A stretch of DNA of 64,000 nt, taken from Macrostomum lignano. Lineage: Eukaryota. Position 1 is the first letter of the stretch, and each line of letters begins with the position of its first letter. A program made the position numbers and the translations under genes. The stretch is taken from contig NIVC01000493.1 in the NCBI GenBank assembly GCA_002269645.1, positions 124,001 to 188,000 on the forward strand. The letters run 5' to 3'. Under the pieces are notes generated by a model, which saw only the letters and a program-made list of their open reading frames with translations, had not been told where the DNA came from and made no database searches. Positions 27,191-38,976 of this stretch are shown here, piece after piece.

Positions 27191-27370
27191 AAATCCATTA
27201 TAGGTCAGTTATAAGAGCGAAGTTGCCGCAATATTTGGTTTTTCCGGTATTCTTTCGTTTCCAATTTAGGCCTAGCAAAAAAAAAACTAGCACCCTACTA
27301 CAAGTAGCCATTCACGCTTCGATTTTTTATGTTAATACTATTTAATTAAAGTTGCACTTTTCCTCCTCAG

Positions 27371-27529
27371 GGCGCCAGCAGCTCCATCGTGGTGAAATTC
27401 GCCGACAACGAGAAGGAGCGGCAGCTGCGCAAGCTGCAGCAGATGGTCGGGCCGCTGGGTCTCGTTAATCCCGGATTAACCACGGCTGGTCAGGCTAATC
27501 CTGTGCCCACGGCTGCTCAGTTTGGACAG
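27371..27529 (+). CDS. CELF: CELF exon D (end of RRM2 and start of divergent linker)
   Basis: ctcag acceptor, gtaggc donor, 53 codons. [25 protein letters not shown] matches CELF GASSSLVVKFADTEKER. Confidence 0.93.
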
Positions 27530-27536
27530 GTAGGCC

Positions 27537-29867
27537 ACTGACTGACTGACTGACTGACTGACTGACTGACTGACTGACTGACTGACTCACTGACTGACTG
27601 ACTGACTCACTGACTCACTGACTCACTGACTGACTGACTGACTGACTGACTGACTGACTGACTGACTCACTGACTGACTGACTGACTGACTAACTGACTG
27701 ACTGACTGACTGACTGACTGACTGACTGACTCACTGACTGACTCACTGACTGACTCACTGACTGACTGACTGACTGACTGACTCACTGACTGACTGACTG
27801 ACTGACTGACTGACTGACTGACTCACTGACTGACTCACTGACTGACTGACTGACTGACTGACTGACTGACTGACTCACTGACTGACTCACTGACTGACTC
27901 ACTGACTGACTGACTGACTCACTGACTGACTCACTGACTGACTCACTGACTGACTGACTGACTGACTGACTGACTGACTGACTGACTGACTGACTGACTC
28001 ACTGACTGACTCACTGACTGACTCACTGACTGACTGACTGACTGACTGACTGACTGACTGACTGACTGACTCACTGACTGACTGACTCACTGACTGACTG
28101 ACTCACTGACTGACTCACTGACTGACTGACTGACTGACTGACTGACTCACTGACTGACTGACTCACTGACTGACTGACTGACTGACTGACTGACTGACTG
28201 ACTGACTCACTGACTGACTCACTGACTGACTCACTGACTGACTGACTGACTGACTGACTGACTGACTGACTGACTGACTGACTGACTGACTGACTGACTG
28301 ACTGACTGACTGACTGACTGACTGACTGAATGTCTTACTGACTGACTGACTGACTGACTCACTGACTGACTGACTGACTGACTCACTGACTGACTGACTG
28401 TCTCACTGACTGACTGACTGACTGACTGACTGACTGACTGACTGACTGACTGACTGACTGACTGACTGACTGACTGACTGACTCACTGACTCACTGACTC
28501 ACTGACTCACTGACTGACTGACTGACTGACTGACTGACTGACTCACTGACTGACTGACTGACTCACTGACTGACTGACTGACTGACTGACTGACTGACTG
28601 ACTCACTGACTGACTCACTGACTGACTCACTGACTGACTGACTGACTGACTGACTCACTGACTGACTGACTGACTGACTGACTGACTGACTGAATGTCTT
28701 ACTGACTGACTGACTGACTGACTCACTGACTGACTGACTGACTGACTCACTGACTGACTGACTGTCTCACTGACTGACTGACTGACTGACTGACTGACTG
28801 ACTGACTGACTGACTGACTGACTGACTGACTCACTGACTGACTGACTGACTGACTCACTGACTGACTGACTGACTGACTGACTGACTGACTGACTCACTG
28901 ACTGACTGACTGACTGACTGACTGACTGACTGAATGTCTTACTGACTGACTCACTGACTGACTGACTGACTCACTGACTGACTGACTGACTGACTGACTG
29001 ACTGACTGACTGACTGACTGACTGACTGACTGACTGACTGACTGACTGACTGACTGACTGACTGACTGACTGTCTCACTGACTGACTGACTGAATGTCTT
29101 ACTGACTGACTGACTGACTGACTGAATGTCTTACTGACTGACTGACTGACTGACTCACTGACTGACTGACTGACTGACTGACTGACTGACTGACTGACTG
29201 ACTGACTGACTGACTGACTGACTGTCTCACTGACTGACTGACTGACTGACTGACTGACTGACTGACTGAATGTCTCACTGACTGACTGACTGACTGACTG
29301 ACTGACTGACTGAATGTCTCACTGACTGACTGACTGACTGACTGACTGACTGAATGTCTTACTGACTGACTGACTGACTGACTCACTGACTGACTGACTG
29401 ACTGACTGACTGACTGACTGACTGACTGTCTCACTGACTGACTGACTGACTGACTGACTGACTGACTGACTGACTGACTGACTGACTGACTGACTGAGTG
29501 ACTGTCTCACTGACTGACTGACTGACTGACTGACTGACTGACTGACTGACTGACTGACTGACTGAATGTCTTACTGACTGACTGAATGACTGACTGACTC
29601 ACTGACTGACTGACTGTCTCACTGACTGACTGACTGATTCACTGACTCACTGACTGACTGACTGACTGACTCACTGACTGACTGACTGACTCACTGACTC
29701 ACTGACTGACTGACTGACTGACTGACTGACTGACTGACTGACTGACTGACTGACTGACTCACTGACTGACTGACTGACTGACTGACTCACTGACTGACTG
29801 ACTGACTGACTGTCTTACTGACTGACTGACTGACTGACTGACTGACTGACTCACTGACTGACTGACT

Positions 29868-29918
<51 letters not shown>

Positions 29919-30256
29919 TGACTCACTGACTGACTCACTGACTCACTGACTCACTGACTGTCTCACTGACTGACTGACTGACTCACTGACTGACTCACTG
30001 ACTCACTGACTCACTGACTCACTGACTGTCTCACTGACTGACTCACTGACTCACTGACTCACTCACTCACTGACTGACTGACTGACTGACTGACTGACTG
30101 ACTGACTGACTGACTCACTGACTGTCTCACTGACTGACTCACTGACTCACTGACTCACTCACTCACTGACTGACTGACTGACTGACTGACTGACTGACTG
30201 ACTGACTGACTGACTGACTGACTGACTGACTGACTGACTGTCTCACTGACTGACTG
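27537..30256. repeat. (ACTG)n microsatellite, about 2.7 kb, with ACTC and aatgtctt variants
   Basis: Direct reading; starts at intron position +8. Confidence 0.98.
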
Positions 30257-30760
30257 GCTTCACTAAAGAGCATTCAGAGAACAGCAATCTCTGAGCGAGC
30301 GCAGGTATCAGCCAGCAGCGAATCTGACAGTGCAGCCGTCAAGAATGGCTAACGGCGCTACCCGAAAGCAACAGAGAATTTTGCCAACGCTGGGCAAATG
30401 GTGGTCAATAAATTTAAGAGCATAATTTTATATTGCCTGCTCCTAGAAGGAAACAGGAAGCCCTATTTCTAGCCACTGTAGCGGCTGGGATGAGGAGAGT
30501 CAGCAGGAAGTTCGGTAAAAAGGTTGGTGTGAGGTGAGCACGGAGTGCGCAGCACTACGCTTCCCCTCACGGCTCGAATCCCGCAGCTCCCCTCAGCTGT
30601 TAGATAAGGAGAGGCAGGGGGCGCGTGTATCTGGTCTCGGCTCACCTCGAGACACGCTTTGCGAGGTAAAAAAAGGGAGGCAATCGGATCAGGAGAGTAA
30701 ATCAGAGTTCAGCAGGCCAGCGCAGAAGGGAGAGAGAGAGAACAGACTGCCAGCCAGTAT

Positions 30761-30767
30761 TATAAAA
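30761..30767 (+). promoter_or_regulatory. Candidate internal TATA box within CELF intron
   Basis: TATAAAA starting 47 nt before the ATG at 30808, preceded by a GAGA run at about 30729-30741. Confidence 0.4.
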
Positions 30768-30807
30768 CACTGAGCCGAGATAGAAGACAGACTCTGAGAG
30801 GACCGGG

Positions 30808-30984
30808 ATGTCGGAGCTAACACAAGAAATGTCTACAGAGCAGCAGCAGCAGCAGCCGCAGCAGCAGGCTGAGCAGCAGGCGGTGCCCATGAGACAAAAT
30901 CATCCAGCGGGAGCTGCGGCGCTGGCAATACCAGAAGGAAAATTTGGCTACGTTTATTCCTGCGGATCCGTAACATATGGGACT
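30808..30984 (+). CDS. Candidate alternative first coding exon of CELF (or, unspliced, a 67-aa nested ORF 30808-31011)
   Basis: TATAAAA at 30761, ATG with a purine at -3, 59 Gln/Ala-rich codons, then a phase-0 GTGAGT donor at 30985 that is compatible with the phase-0 acceptor at 31361. No transcript evidence. Confidence 0.45.
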
Positions 30985-31023
30985 GTGAGTCCAGGCACAG
31001 CCAAAAAGTAGCACCAATTAGTC

Positions 31024-31330
31024 GCCGATATGTATCGAAATTAATTTAGGGCCGATATTTTTAAACATCGATTTGGCGCCGATATGTATCGAAATCAATT
31101 TAGGGCCGATATGTATCGAATTCGATTTGGCGCCGATATGTATCGAATTCGATTTGGCGCCGATATGTATCGAAATTGATTTTTATGGCCAATATGTATC
31201 GAAATTGATTTTTATGGCCGATATGTATCGAAATTGATTTTTATGGCCGATATATATCGAAATCGATCAAAATTGTTTGTTTTTGCAAAACTTATCGAAA
31301 AGATATCAGCGCCGATATGCATCGATAAAA
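31024..31330. repeat. Approximately 27-bp degenerate repeat
   Basis: gccgatatgtatcgaaatt units; a single copy also occurs at about 48224. Confidence 0.85.
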
Positions 31331-31360
31331 AACGTAATCTTTCTCAACCACAATTCACAG

Positions 31361-31619
31361 GCCGGCGCCGGCGGTCCCAGCGGTGGCTACATCAATCCAG
31401 TTGCCGCTCTGGCGCTCCAGCTACAAAGCGGCGGCGGCGGCGGCGGCCTGCAGCAGCACCAGCAGAGTCAGCAGCTGCTCAGCTCGGCTGTCTCCTCATC
31501 GAGTATGCTCAGTCCGACCACCGTGGCCAACGGTGGCGGAGCGGCCGGCGACGCGGCGTCCACAGCGGCTGCTCTGTATGCGGCCGGCGTCATGCCGGGG
31601 CACCTTCTTGGCACGGCCG
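31361..31619 (+). CDS. CELF: CELF exon E (low-complexity linker)
   Basis: ttcacag acceptor, gtaagc donor. GGYINPVAAL resembles the CELF linker GGYLNPMAA. Phase 0 to 1. Confidence 0.85.
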
Positions 31620-31746
31620 GTAAGCCGCTAGTTTTTGCGGATATTATTGTGCGCATGCGCCTATTTAGCTACTTATGGTGCTAGTCAGTAGAATGAATGG
31701 AATATTTTTGTCAAGACTAACATGATTTACTTTTTGATTTTTTCAG

Positions 31747-31809
31747 GCTCAGAGCATCTGCAGCAGGCTTACACGGCAGCCATGTCCCCCAGCATGTACC
31801 CGAGCCTGC
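31747..31809 (+). CDS. CELF: CELF exon F (linker)
   Basis: ttttttcag acceptor, gtgagt donor. GSEHLQQAYTAAMSPSMYPSL contains the LQQAY motif of CELF linkers. Phase 1 to 1. Confidence 0.82.
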
Positions 31810-31837
31810 GTGAGTAACTGCCCAGACCGCTACTCAG

Positions 31838-33686
31838 CCACACTGCTGAAGCGATTCCCAGCCTCACTCCTGAAGCGATTCCCAGCCTCACTCCTAAATC
31901 GATTCCCAGACACACTCCTGAAGCGATTCCCAGCCTCACTCCTGAAGCGATTCCCAGCCTCACTCCTGAAGCGATTCCCAGACACACTCCTGAAGCGATT
32001 CCCAGACACACTCCTGAAGCGATTCCCAGACACACTCCTGAAGCGATTCCCAGCCTCACTCCTGAAGCGATTCCCAGCCTCACTCCTGAAGCGATTCCCA
32101 GCCTCACTCCTGAAGCGATTCCCAGCCTCACTCCTGAAGCGATTCCCAGCCTCACTCCTGAAGCGATTCCCAGCCTCACTCCTGAAGCGATTCCCAGACA
32201 CACTCCTGAAGCGATTCCCAGACACACTCCTGAAGCGATTCCCAGACACACTCCTGAAGCGATTCCCAGCCTCACTCCTGAAGCGATTCCCAGCCTCACT
32301 CCTGAAGCGATTCCCAGCCTCACTCCTGAAGCGATTCCCAGCCTCACTCCTGAAGCGATTCCCAGCCTCACTCCTGAAGCGATTCCCAGCCTCACTCCTG
32401 AAGCGATTCCCAGCCTCACTCCTGAAGCGATTCCCAGCCTCACTCCTAAAGCGATTCCCAGCCTCACTCCTGAAGCAATTCCCAGCCTCACTCCTGAAGC
32501 GATTCCCAGCCTCACTCCTGAAGCGATTCCCAGCCTCACTCCTGAAGCGATTCCCAGCCTCACTCCTGAAGCGATTCCCAGCCTCACTCCTGAAGCGATT
32601 CCCAGCCTCACTCCTAAAGCGATTCCCAGCCTCACTCCTAAATCGATTCCCAGCCTCACTCCTGAAGCAATTCCCAGCCTTACTTCTGGCCTCACTCCTA
32701 AAGCGATTCCCAACCTCACTCCTGAAGCAATTCCCAGACTCACTTCTGGCCTCACTCCTGAAGCGATTCCCAGACTCACTTCTGGCCTCACTCCTGAAGC
32801 GATTCCCAGCCTCACTCCTAAATCGATTCCCAGCCTCACTCCTAAATCGATTCCCAGCCTCACTCCTGAAGCAATTCCCAGCCTCACTTCTGGCCTCACT
32901 CCTGAAGCGATTCCCAGCCTCACTCCTGAAGCGATTCACAGCCTCACTTCTGGCCTCACTCCTGAAGCAATTCCCAGACTCACTTCTGGCCTCACTCCTA
33001 AAGCGATTCCCAGCCTCACTCCTGAAGCAATTCCCAGACTCACTTCTGGCCTCACTCCTAAAGCGATTCCCAGCCTCACTCCTGAAGCAATTCCCAGCCT
33101 CACTTCTGGCCTCACTCCTGAAGCGATTCCCAGCCTCACTCCTGAAGCGATTCCCAGCCTCACTCCTGAAGCGATTCCCAGCCTCACTTCTGGCCTCACT
33201 CCTGAAGCAATTCCCAGACTCACTTCTGGCCTCACTCCTAAAGCGATTCCCAGCCTCACTCCTGAAGCAATTCCCAGACTCACTTCTGGCCTCACTCCTA
33301 AAGCGATTCCCAGCCTCACTCCTGAAGCAATTCCCAGCCTCACTTCTGGCCTCACTCCTGAAGCGATTCCCAGCCTCACTCCTGAAGCAATTCCCAGCCT
33401 CACTTCTGGCCTCACTCCTGAAGCGATTCCCAGCCTCACTCCTGAAGCGATTCCTAGCCTCACTCCTGAAGCGATTCCCAGACACACTCCTGAAGCGATT
33501 CCCAGACACACTCCTGAAGCGATTCCCAGACACACTCCTGAAGCGATTCCCAGCCTCACTCCTGAAGCGATTCCCAGACACACTCCTGAAGCGATTCCCA
33601 GACACACTCCTGAAGCGATTTCCAGACACACTCCTGAAGCGATTTCCAGACACACTCCTGAAGCGATTTCCAGACACACTCCTGAA
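31838..33686. repeat. 24-bp minisatellite (with 12-bp sub-unit) filling the last CELF intron
   Basis: gcctcactcctgaagcgattccca; source of the 764/615/384/304-aa ORFs. Confidence 0.97.
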
Positions 33687-33713
33687 ACGCCCCGCCCCCC
33701 AAACGCTTTGCAG

Positions 33714-34090
33714 CCGGGTTCAACGCAGCGTTCGCGCACCCGTTCATGTCGCTGGCCCAGCAGGCCATCACGATGCCGGTGCAGCACAAGGAGGGCTCGA
33801 AGGATTTCATCCTGACCGGGCCCGACGGCTGCAACCTGTTCATCTACCACCTGCCGCAGGAGTTCGGCGACACGGAACTGGCCCAGATGTTCGCCCCGTT
33901 CGGCACGGTGATCTCGGCCAAGGTGTACGTAGACCGGGCCACCAACCAGAGCAAGTGCTTCGGCTTCGTCAGCTTCGACAACTCGGCCTCGGCTGCCGCG
34001 GCCATCCAGGCGATGAACGGCTTCCAGATTGGCACCAAGCGGCTCAAGGTGCAGCTCAAGCGGCCCAAGGGCGAGGCCCGGCCCTACTGA
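33714..34090 (+). CDS. CELF: CELF terminal exon (RRM3 and stop)
   Basis: tttgcag acceptor. [18 protein letters not shown]...[16 protein letters not shown]...[19 protein letters not shown]...RPY* is the highly conserved CELF RRM3. Confidence 0.97.
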
Positions 34091-34127
34091 ACTCAGCGAT
34101 ATGAAATCTGACTGCGGCTGAGTGTCT

Positions 34128-34552
34128 GAGGCTTAGAGATCGATAGCTGAGGCGCTTAGAGATCGATAGCTGAGGCTTAGAGATCAATAGCTGAGGCGCT
34201 TAGAGATCGATAGCTGAGGCTTAGAGATCGATAGCTGAGGCGCTTAGAGATCGATAGCTGAGGCGCTTAGAGATCGATAGCTGAGGCGCTTAGAGATCGA
34301 TAGCTGAGGCTTAGAGATCGATAGCTGAGGCGCTTAGAGATCGATAGCTGAGGCTTAGAGATCGATAGCTGAGGCGCTTAGAGATCGATAGCTGAGGCTT
34401 AGAGATCGATAGCTGAGGCGCTTAGAGATCGATAGCTGAGGCTTAGAGATCGATAGCTGAGGCTTAGAGATCGATAGCTAAGGCTTAGAGATCGATAGTT
34501 GAGGCTTAGAGATCGATAGCTGAGGCGCTTAGAGATCGATAGCTGAGGCTTA
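34128..34552. repeat. 21/23-bp minisatellite just 3' of the CELF stop
   Basis: gcttagagatcgatagctgag(gc). Confidence 0.95.
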
Positions 34553-35244
34553 CAGACAGTTCTGCAGTTCAGCCAGCAACAGCAGTGCAAATATCAATCG
34601 CTAACCAATATGAAGTGCTAATCAATTCCAAGATGAAGGAAAACATTTGTTAATCTGCTGCAATTCGAATTTTTGCCCCCATTGTGACTAATATCTATTG
34701 TGCTCAGCTATTTAGCACTGAGCACAGCTGATCTCATGCATTCGATAGTCCAACACTTGACGATTGACGCCGCACATTCAAGTTAATTGAGTTGATTCCT
34801 CATCATTTATTAAGTTTATTTACTATTCAAGTTTATTTTTTTGTTTAATTATAAGCGCAGGTTACTGAAGTCAGTTCTCTCTGTGTGTACTTTTCCGTAG
34901 TCAGCCTACTGCTGCGATATTCGAAAGCGCACCGCCATTCAGCCAAATCAATGATTAATAATTCTCTCGTCTAATAATTCACAATTTATATTCCATAATT
35001 CTTTACTGCTATGCGAATTTTCCTTTGACTGCTTATGATTATTCTTGTGGTAATACAATATCTGAATTATATTACTAACAGTAAGGCATTACCAGCAGTG
35101 CGTCGACAGCTCACTTGAGTCCCATCATTGCTTTCTCTCTTCTATACTGAACTGCCCCTGCTCTCTGCTCCTTTTGGTTAGTGTCTCCCTGGATCTGCTA
35201 GATCCCCAACCCTTCCTCCGCCATTGTGAAAACCTCTAGTCTCT

Positions 35245-35610
35245 CCCCAATCTCTAATCTCTCTCCCGAATATCTAATCTCTCTCTCATCTCTTATCTCT
35301 CTCTCCCGAATATCTAATCTCTCTCCCGATTATCTAATCTCTCTCTAATCTCTAATCTCTCTCCCGAATATCTAATCTCTCTCTCCCATCTCTTATATCT
35401 CTCTCCCGAATATCTAATCTCTCTCTAATCTCTAATCTCTCTCCCAAATACCTAATCTCTCTCTTCCGAATATCTAATCTCTCTCTCTCCCCCTATTAAC
35501 TAATCTTGCTCCCCAATCTCCAAACTCTCCCACCATACCGGTATCTAACCTGTCCCCCATGTCTAATCTCTTTCCCTAATCTCTAATCTATCCCCGATAT
35601 CTAATTTCTC
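35245..35610. repeat. Degenerate CT-rich repeat
   Basis: tctaatctctctcccgaata units. Confidence 0.85.
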
Positions 35611-35844
35611 TGTCTGACTCTAATCCTACTATCCTCATCAGCCATAAATCCTTTAGTCAGGCCAGTTTTCCGCACTCAAATTGATCAGTGTTTTTCTTCG
35701 ATTTAAAAAAAATAAACATAATGTTCTCTGTACCAAACGGTATGTATCCATTGTTTCTCCAAGTTCGGAGCGAGGCTGACTTCGAATAGCTCGAAAATAT
35801 AAGCCATGTTGTGACCGCGTCTTTGACCCCATTTTATCAGAGTC

Positions 35845-36188
35845 AGGGGCTGTGAGCACCCTGGCGCACTTTAAGCGACATTGGCACACAACCGGCGAGA
35901 GGCATTGCTGCCCATTCCACCGACTCCCCTGAGCAGGCACACAAGCGCGCGGATACGTACGCACAGGCACACCTCACACAGGAGTGTACAGCGGCCCTAA
36001 CTTATTTATCGTTAGGCATGTAAACTGCACTGTGCCTTGGGGGGTTGGCTCTCAAGGCCGTTCATTGCACGAGCAGAGCCAAGCCGAGATTCCAATTCAG
36101 CCCCAAATTAATGTGACTGCACTTGGAATTGAGCCTGGGCCGCAGGCACATCAAAGCGCAGCGCCAGACCACTGGGATACACGGGCCC
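35845..36188 (-). mobile_element. tRNA-derived SINE, copy 1
   Basis: Minus-strand head with A-box-like TATCCCAGTGG and B-box-like GGCTCAATTCC. The body aligns by eye to 40130-40338 and 56712-56835 (gagagccaaccccc-aaggcacag...agggccgctgtacac). Confidence 0.7.
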
Positions 36189-37081
36189 CAATTGCGTCTT
36201 CGACGAACGGCCCTGACTTTCGGCCTGATTCCTTCCCTAGTTGGGATTCCTAATCTTCAATTCCTCATTCCATATTGCAGGAGAGACTATATGCATGCAT
36301 ATGTGAAATTCACCTGCTAGCACAAACTAGCAGGCTCAGATTTGCACCAAGCATAATTGTAATTATTACAACGCTAAACCGAAAGCAACAAAGTGACAGC
36401 AAAAAAACTAAAATTACAACTACGAGCATAAATTTATGAACTCAAGCGTAACAAAAATGCAGTGCCGAAGTCGCTGTACGACCGTGAGAATCGCAAAGTC
36501 AGGATTGAGGTTTGTATTAAGGTATATAATAATATATACTGCTCATTTCTAAAGCAGTTCAGGAAAAACAGCTTGAAGTCGAACAAAACAATTGTAATAC
36601 CTTAGTAAGTGTTTTATTCGAGTGCAGGCAGCTCAGGGGGAGGAGAGCGGTCTGAGAGCCTGAGACTCTGCAGCACCCGCAGTTGCCTTCTTTGGCTCGT
36701 TGAGCGGAAAGAAGCCTCCCCTCTCTGGCAAACAATGGATGGCTAAGTGTTTGGAGGAGGAGAGACAGTCTTGCTTGGCCTCGTGGGTCTGCTTGCTATT
36801 TAGCATAGATTATATATAGCATAGCTCCAGCCGGAGAGGCCGTCTGCTAAATAGAAGAGGGCTCAACTCCTCTCTAACTGTGTTTTTCTTTCGCCTTCTA
36901 TTCGACAATCTGCTTCGGCGAGGACTCCAGTGCTTTTTTAGCGAGCTATAACCGCTTCCTCTGGCCTCAACAACTCGAAGTTTCAATTTTGCTTTGTTGC
37001 GAAGTGAGCTTTTTTGTTTTGTTTTGCAGATCGACTTGATGTAGATTTGGTCTGCCATCTCTCAGTTGCTTCCAAGGTGTG

Positions 37082-37795
37082 ACTGAGATTCTCCAGTGAG
37101 CGATTCTATACCCCTGAGATTCTCCATTCACCTGAGATTCTCCATTATTGAGCGATTCTATACCCCTGAGATTCTCCTTTCCCCTGAGATTCTCCATTCC
37201 TCTTAGATTCTCCATTAACCTGAGATTCTCCAGTGAGCGATTCTATACGCCTGAGATTCTCCTTTCCCCTGAGATTCTCCATTCACCTGAGATTCTCCAT
37301 TCCCCTGAGATTCTCCAGTGAGCGATTCTATACCCCTGAGATTCTCCATTCACCTGAGATTCTCCATTATTGAGCGATTCTATACCCCTGAGATTATCCA
37401 TTCACCTGAGATTCTCCATTATTGAGCGATTCTATACCCCTGAGATTCTCCTTTCCCCTGAGATTCTCCATTCCTCTTAGATTCTCCATTAACCTGAGAT
37501 TCTCCAGTGAGCGATTCTATACGCCTGAGATTCTCCTTTCCCCTGAGATTCTCCATTCACCTGAGATTCTCCATTCCCCTGAGATTCTCCAGTGAGCGAT
37601 TCTATACCCCTGAGATTCTCCATTCCCCTGAGATTCTCCAGTGAGCGATTATATACCCCTGAGATTCTCCTTTCCCCTGAGATTCTCCAGTGAGCGATTC
37701 TATACCCCTGAGATTCTCCAGTGAGCGATTCTATACCCCTGAGATTCTCCAGTGAGCGATTCTATACCCCTGAGATTCTCCAGTGAGCGATTCTA
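37082..37795. repeat. Composite 17/31-bp minisatellite
   Basis: gagattctccagtgagcgattctatacccct alternating with gagattctccattcacct. Confidence 0.92.
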
Positions 37796-38087
37796 GTTTC
37801 CCCGAAATTTCTCGTCTCTGGTTTTATTCAATAAGTCGCTATAACATTTTATTAAATCTTGGCTGTGTCTCTGTGGAATATGCTACTCATACTACCAGTA
37901 TTATAGGCGAGGACTCAACTGTATATGTACGTACTTCCTATCCTCCCTCCTTCCCCATCAGGCCCCCCGTCAGCTTCTCTTTAACAACAAGGAATGCTAT
38001 ATTTTCTTGCGTGCAGGCCACTTCTTATTTGCCTCATCACCTGGCCCAGCAACTGGGAGATTTCTGGGGTAGCTCTAGAATAGGCTT

Positions 38088-38419
38088 GTAGAAGGTGGCT
38101 GTTATTGGTCTGTTATGGGGGGTCAAGGCAGAGGCGCACAGAGACCCACCTCATGCTGTCTGTCTAAGCGTGTACACCTCTGTCAGGGCCTCCACAGCCC
38201 TTGGGATAACCATGTGCACTTTATCCGGGCGAACGCTTGTATGGTAACAGGCTCAGTCCCACTGGCTCTCTCCCCCTGTCCTCTCTGGCTTTCCCTGCCC
38301 CTTCTTCCACTTGACGCCTGTACGCAACCGCCTCATCTCCTCTCGCTCCCTGTCATGTACTCTCCGCCCCCCTCTCTTGGCTTAGCTCTAATAAAGAGGT
38401 ATATACAATAGCGTTACAT
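38088..38419 (+). mobile_element. Possible solo LTR
   Basis: TG-initiated (tgtag/tgtta), pyrimidine-rich, AATAAA near 38390, ends cgttaca. No target-site duplication found. Confidence 0.3.
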
Positions 38420-38976
38420 ACACATGAGGTACTGGCGCGGGGCCATCATTTGCATGTATTGACTAAGATTTCATTATATAGGTAATAAATTTACCGTAAT
38501 ATGAACGAGCGCAATAAATGGTTGATTTGCTGTATGGGTGCGAGTTGCTAAGCTGTTGTGGCTCTCTGGTAAGTTTCTGCGTTTGCCTGCTTGTGCAAAC
38601 TGTGTGTTTTGCTGGTTAAGATTTTGCACGAGTTGTCTGAAAATTCGAACACAGGACCTTCGTGGAATGACTCATCACCGTTAGTTTGCCGAATTTTTGT
38701 TTGACTCAAACACAGCCCCACCCACTGCATCCTTGAGTGCGAGGTCAGTTTCCAAGCTTCTCAGTGATTCTGTCACGCACCTACTAGCTCATTAATAGTT
38801 AAATAGCCATAGTATTGAAGTGCAACTTGCAAGCTCTGCATCTGCGTGCTCAGGCACTGCTCATAAATAGGGCGATGCTTCACTCCTTTAGGTGCGCTGA
38901 GTCATTCGCATTGGATTTTTGGGCGTTTTCTCGTTTTAAATCAGTGAAACAGACTGTGAAACAGCATACTGTGATG

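Noticed and set aside
31769-34104. 764-, 615-, 384- and 304-aa ORFs (ASLLKRFP, SEAGNRFR, GIASGVRL repeats)
   Set aside because: Translations of a 24-bp intronic minisatellite. The 764-aa ORF crosses RRM3 in the wrong frame.
36115-36188. Functional tRNA gene
   Set aside because: The acceptor and T stems are broken, and the sequence continues into a SINE body shared with two other loci.
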